Shown here piece by piece: positions 63,611 through 64,000 of a DNA stretch of 64,000 nucleotides (position 1 is the stretch's first letter; each line of letters opens with the position of its first letter). The translations under genes were made by a program, and so were the position numbers. This DNA comes from Malacoraja senta (taxonomy: Eukaryota): positions 6,572,001-6,636,000 of the forward strand of contig CM075991.1 in the NCBI GenBank assembly GCA_038087875.1, written 5' to 3'. The notes beneath the pieces were generated by a model, which was not told the DNA's origin, made no database searches, and saw only the letters and a program-made list of their open reading frames with translations.

Positions 63611-64000
63611 CCAACTCCTGACCTGATTCAAAGCCAGAATGAAGCTGCGAGACATTACCTGGCTTCCTCAAGAAACGCCTGACTTATACTCCAAATTTCA
63701 CATTAGTGTATGTGTTTTCACACACACACATTTGAATTAATTTAACTGTCTTAAAATGCAACCACGCAACTTGGATCATGCAGAAGGAATTCACCAGTGA
63801 ACCAAATAGGATGTCACTGCTGTGAATATAGCCAATGGTATTCACTAGATGCTTGCCAGCTATGGTAAGTTATATACCAAGGCACAAGGAGGATTCTGTA
63901 TTGATGACATTGCGATCTGTCAGCTTATTCTGGATTCAAAAAATTCTCAGAAAGCAGTTTTATTGCTTGTCGACAATGACCTGAATTGTGCTGCAGAAGG

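Noticed and set aside
63180-64000. gfpt1 exon 1 or promoter
   Set aside because: No ATG TG(T/C) G followed by a GT donor and no CpG island seen; it must lie beyond the window.

Overview
Eukaryotic vertebrate genomic DNA. The repeat complement (HE1/V-SINE-type tRNA SINEs, CR1, Rex1/Babar, Penelope-derived termini) suggests a cartilaginous fish, probably a skate or ray. The minus strand carries coding exons 2-19 of gfpt1 (glutamine:fructose-6-phosphate amidotransferase 1, the eukaryotic GlmS homologue) from 63179 down to the stop at 13509. Exon 1 (ATG TGT G in human) lies beyond the window, and the joined CDS would be about 679 aa. A long repeat-poor 3' region follows, and there may be a last exon of an unidentified plus-strand gene at the far left. 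Most interesting: (1) a 139-bp TSD-flanked SINE-like insertion in intron 7 whose first 54 nt fold into a complete minimal HDV/CPEB3-like self-cleaving ribozyme, sense to the gfpt1 pre-mRNA, starting exactly at the predicted cleavage site; (2) many Penelope-derived mini-elements carrying a hammerhead-like core, often truncated at that core; (3) loss of the conserved PKA serine (RRGS to RRGG); (4) a candidate 45-nt cassette exon at the position of the mammalian muscle exon; (5) a GC-AG intron, a long fold-back hairpin, and inverted SINEs bracketing exons 17-18. Comparisons with human GFPT1 and repeat families are from recall, not from database searches.
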